64,000 nucleotides of DNA, taken from contig DF237088.1 in NCBI GenBank assembly GCA_000708835.1, positions 112,461 to 176,460 of the forward strand. Direction: 5' to 3'. Below the pieces are notes generated by a model. That model was not told the DNA's origin, ran no database searches, and was given only the letters and a program-made list of their open reading frames with translations. The stretch's first letter is position 1. Every line of letters begins with the position of its first letter. Positions 63,448 through 64,000 of the stretch are shown in pieces. The DNA comes from Klebsormidium nitens. Its lineage: Eukaryota > Plantae > Klebsormidiophyceae. A program made the position numbers and the translations under genes.

Positions 63448-63901
63448 CGCGTCCACATTTGCTGTGCAAGCGACCTGACTACGCACAAGGAGCTGGACTA
63501 CTAGTGCCAATGCAGGTCAGGAACCACCCCAGACAGCCAATGCAGAGCGGCAGGCGCCCTCTTTGCATGCAGTCGATGCCAACGAGATGACTGGCTGATA
63601 GTGGAACTCCTGTGTGCAGTCTTCTCCAGTCTTCTGTGGCCGCTCAATCAGTCCTGAGTGACTCGTCTGCAGATCTGCAGTCACCGTCTCTCTCTGCTGA
63701 ACCAGGAATTTGGAAGACGGCCAATTTTGAACCAGGCAGGTCAGGACGTGGCACATTTTGGACTCCCGGAAACGCTCTGATCACGGAAAAATCTGAACCA
63801 GAGGTTTGCGATTTCGGAGCACCAAATCTTTTGCTGAAAAGTGATTGGCTAAACTTGATTTTCTGAGGTAATGTTTGCGTCACTGGAAGATTTGGGTGGT
63901 T

Positions 63902-63941
63902 ATGCTCGGTCCTATAGCGGTTCGTCCCCTCGTCCGCGAAG
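63902..63941 (+). other. Possible first exon of a further plus-strand gene at the window edge
   Basis: ATG at 63902, open for 13 codons (MLGPIAVRPLVRE), then a consensus donor AAG|GTAAGT. There is no other support. Confidence 0.3.
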
Positions 63942-64000
63942 GTAAGTACCGCAACTAGGAGAGGCGAGATTTGAAGTGAGGAGAGCCTAGAGGGCCAACA

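Noticed and set aside
1-64000. CRISPR arrays, rRNA, tRNA, telomeric repeats, intact mobile elements
   Set aside because: None seen. All tandem repeats found are short, have no spacers and lie in introns or intergenic DNA.

Overview
Eukaryotic, intron-rich, gene-dense nuclear DNA. Gene content (HCF173, GCD1/mS45, SKIP5, PIRL, RBL15, DUF604) and splice style (AG|GTGAG donors, TGCAG| acceptors) fit a streptophyte green alga such as Klebsormidium (inference). I reconstruct 15 protein-coding loci by eye, alternating strand perfectly: RBL15-like rhomboid (-), unknown membrane protein (+), HCF173 (-), DUF604/fringe-like glycosyltransferase (+), ZNF830-like (-), VPS53 (+), a short intronless orphan that looks bacterial/giant-virus-like (-), GCD1/mS45 (+), an inverted pair of large MYND-finger paralogs with complementary frameshifts (-,+), M18 aspartyl aminopeptidase (-), animal/cyanobacterial-type alanine:glyoxylate aminotransferase (+), SKIP5 (-), PIRL (+) and a BIC (blue-light inhibitor of cryptochrome)-like gene (-). 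No rRNA, tRNA, CRISPR array or intact transposon was found. The most interesting items are the BIC-like gene, the candidate horizontally acquired orphan, the strict head-to-head/tail-to-tail architecture with distinctive convergent spacers, the AGXT-type aminotransferase and the MYND pair. Homology calls rest on motifs and reference sequences as I recall them; no database search was run.
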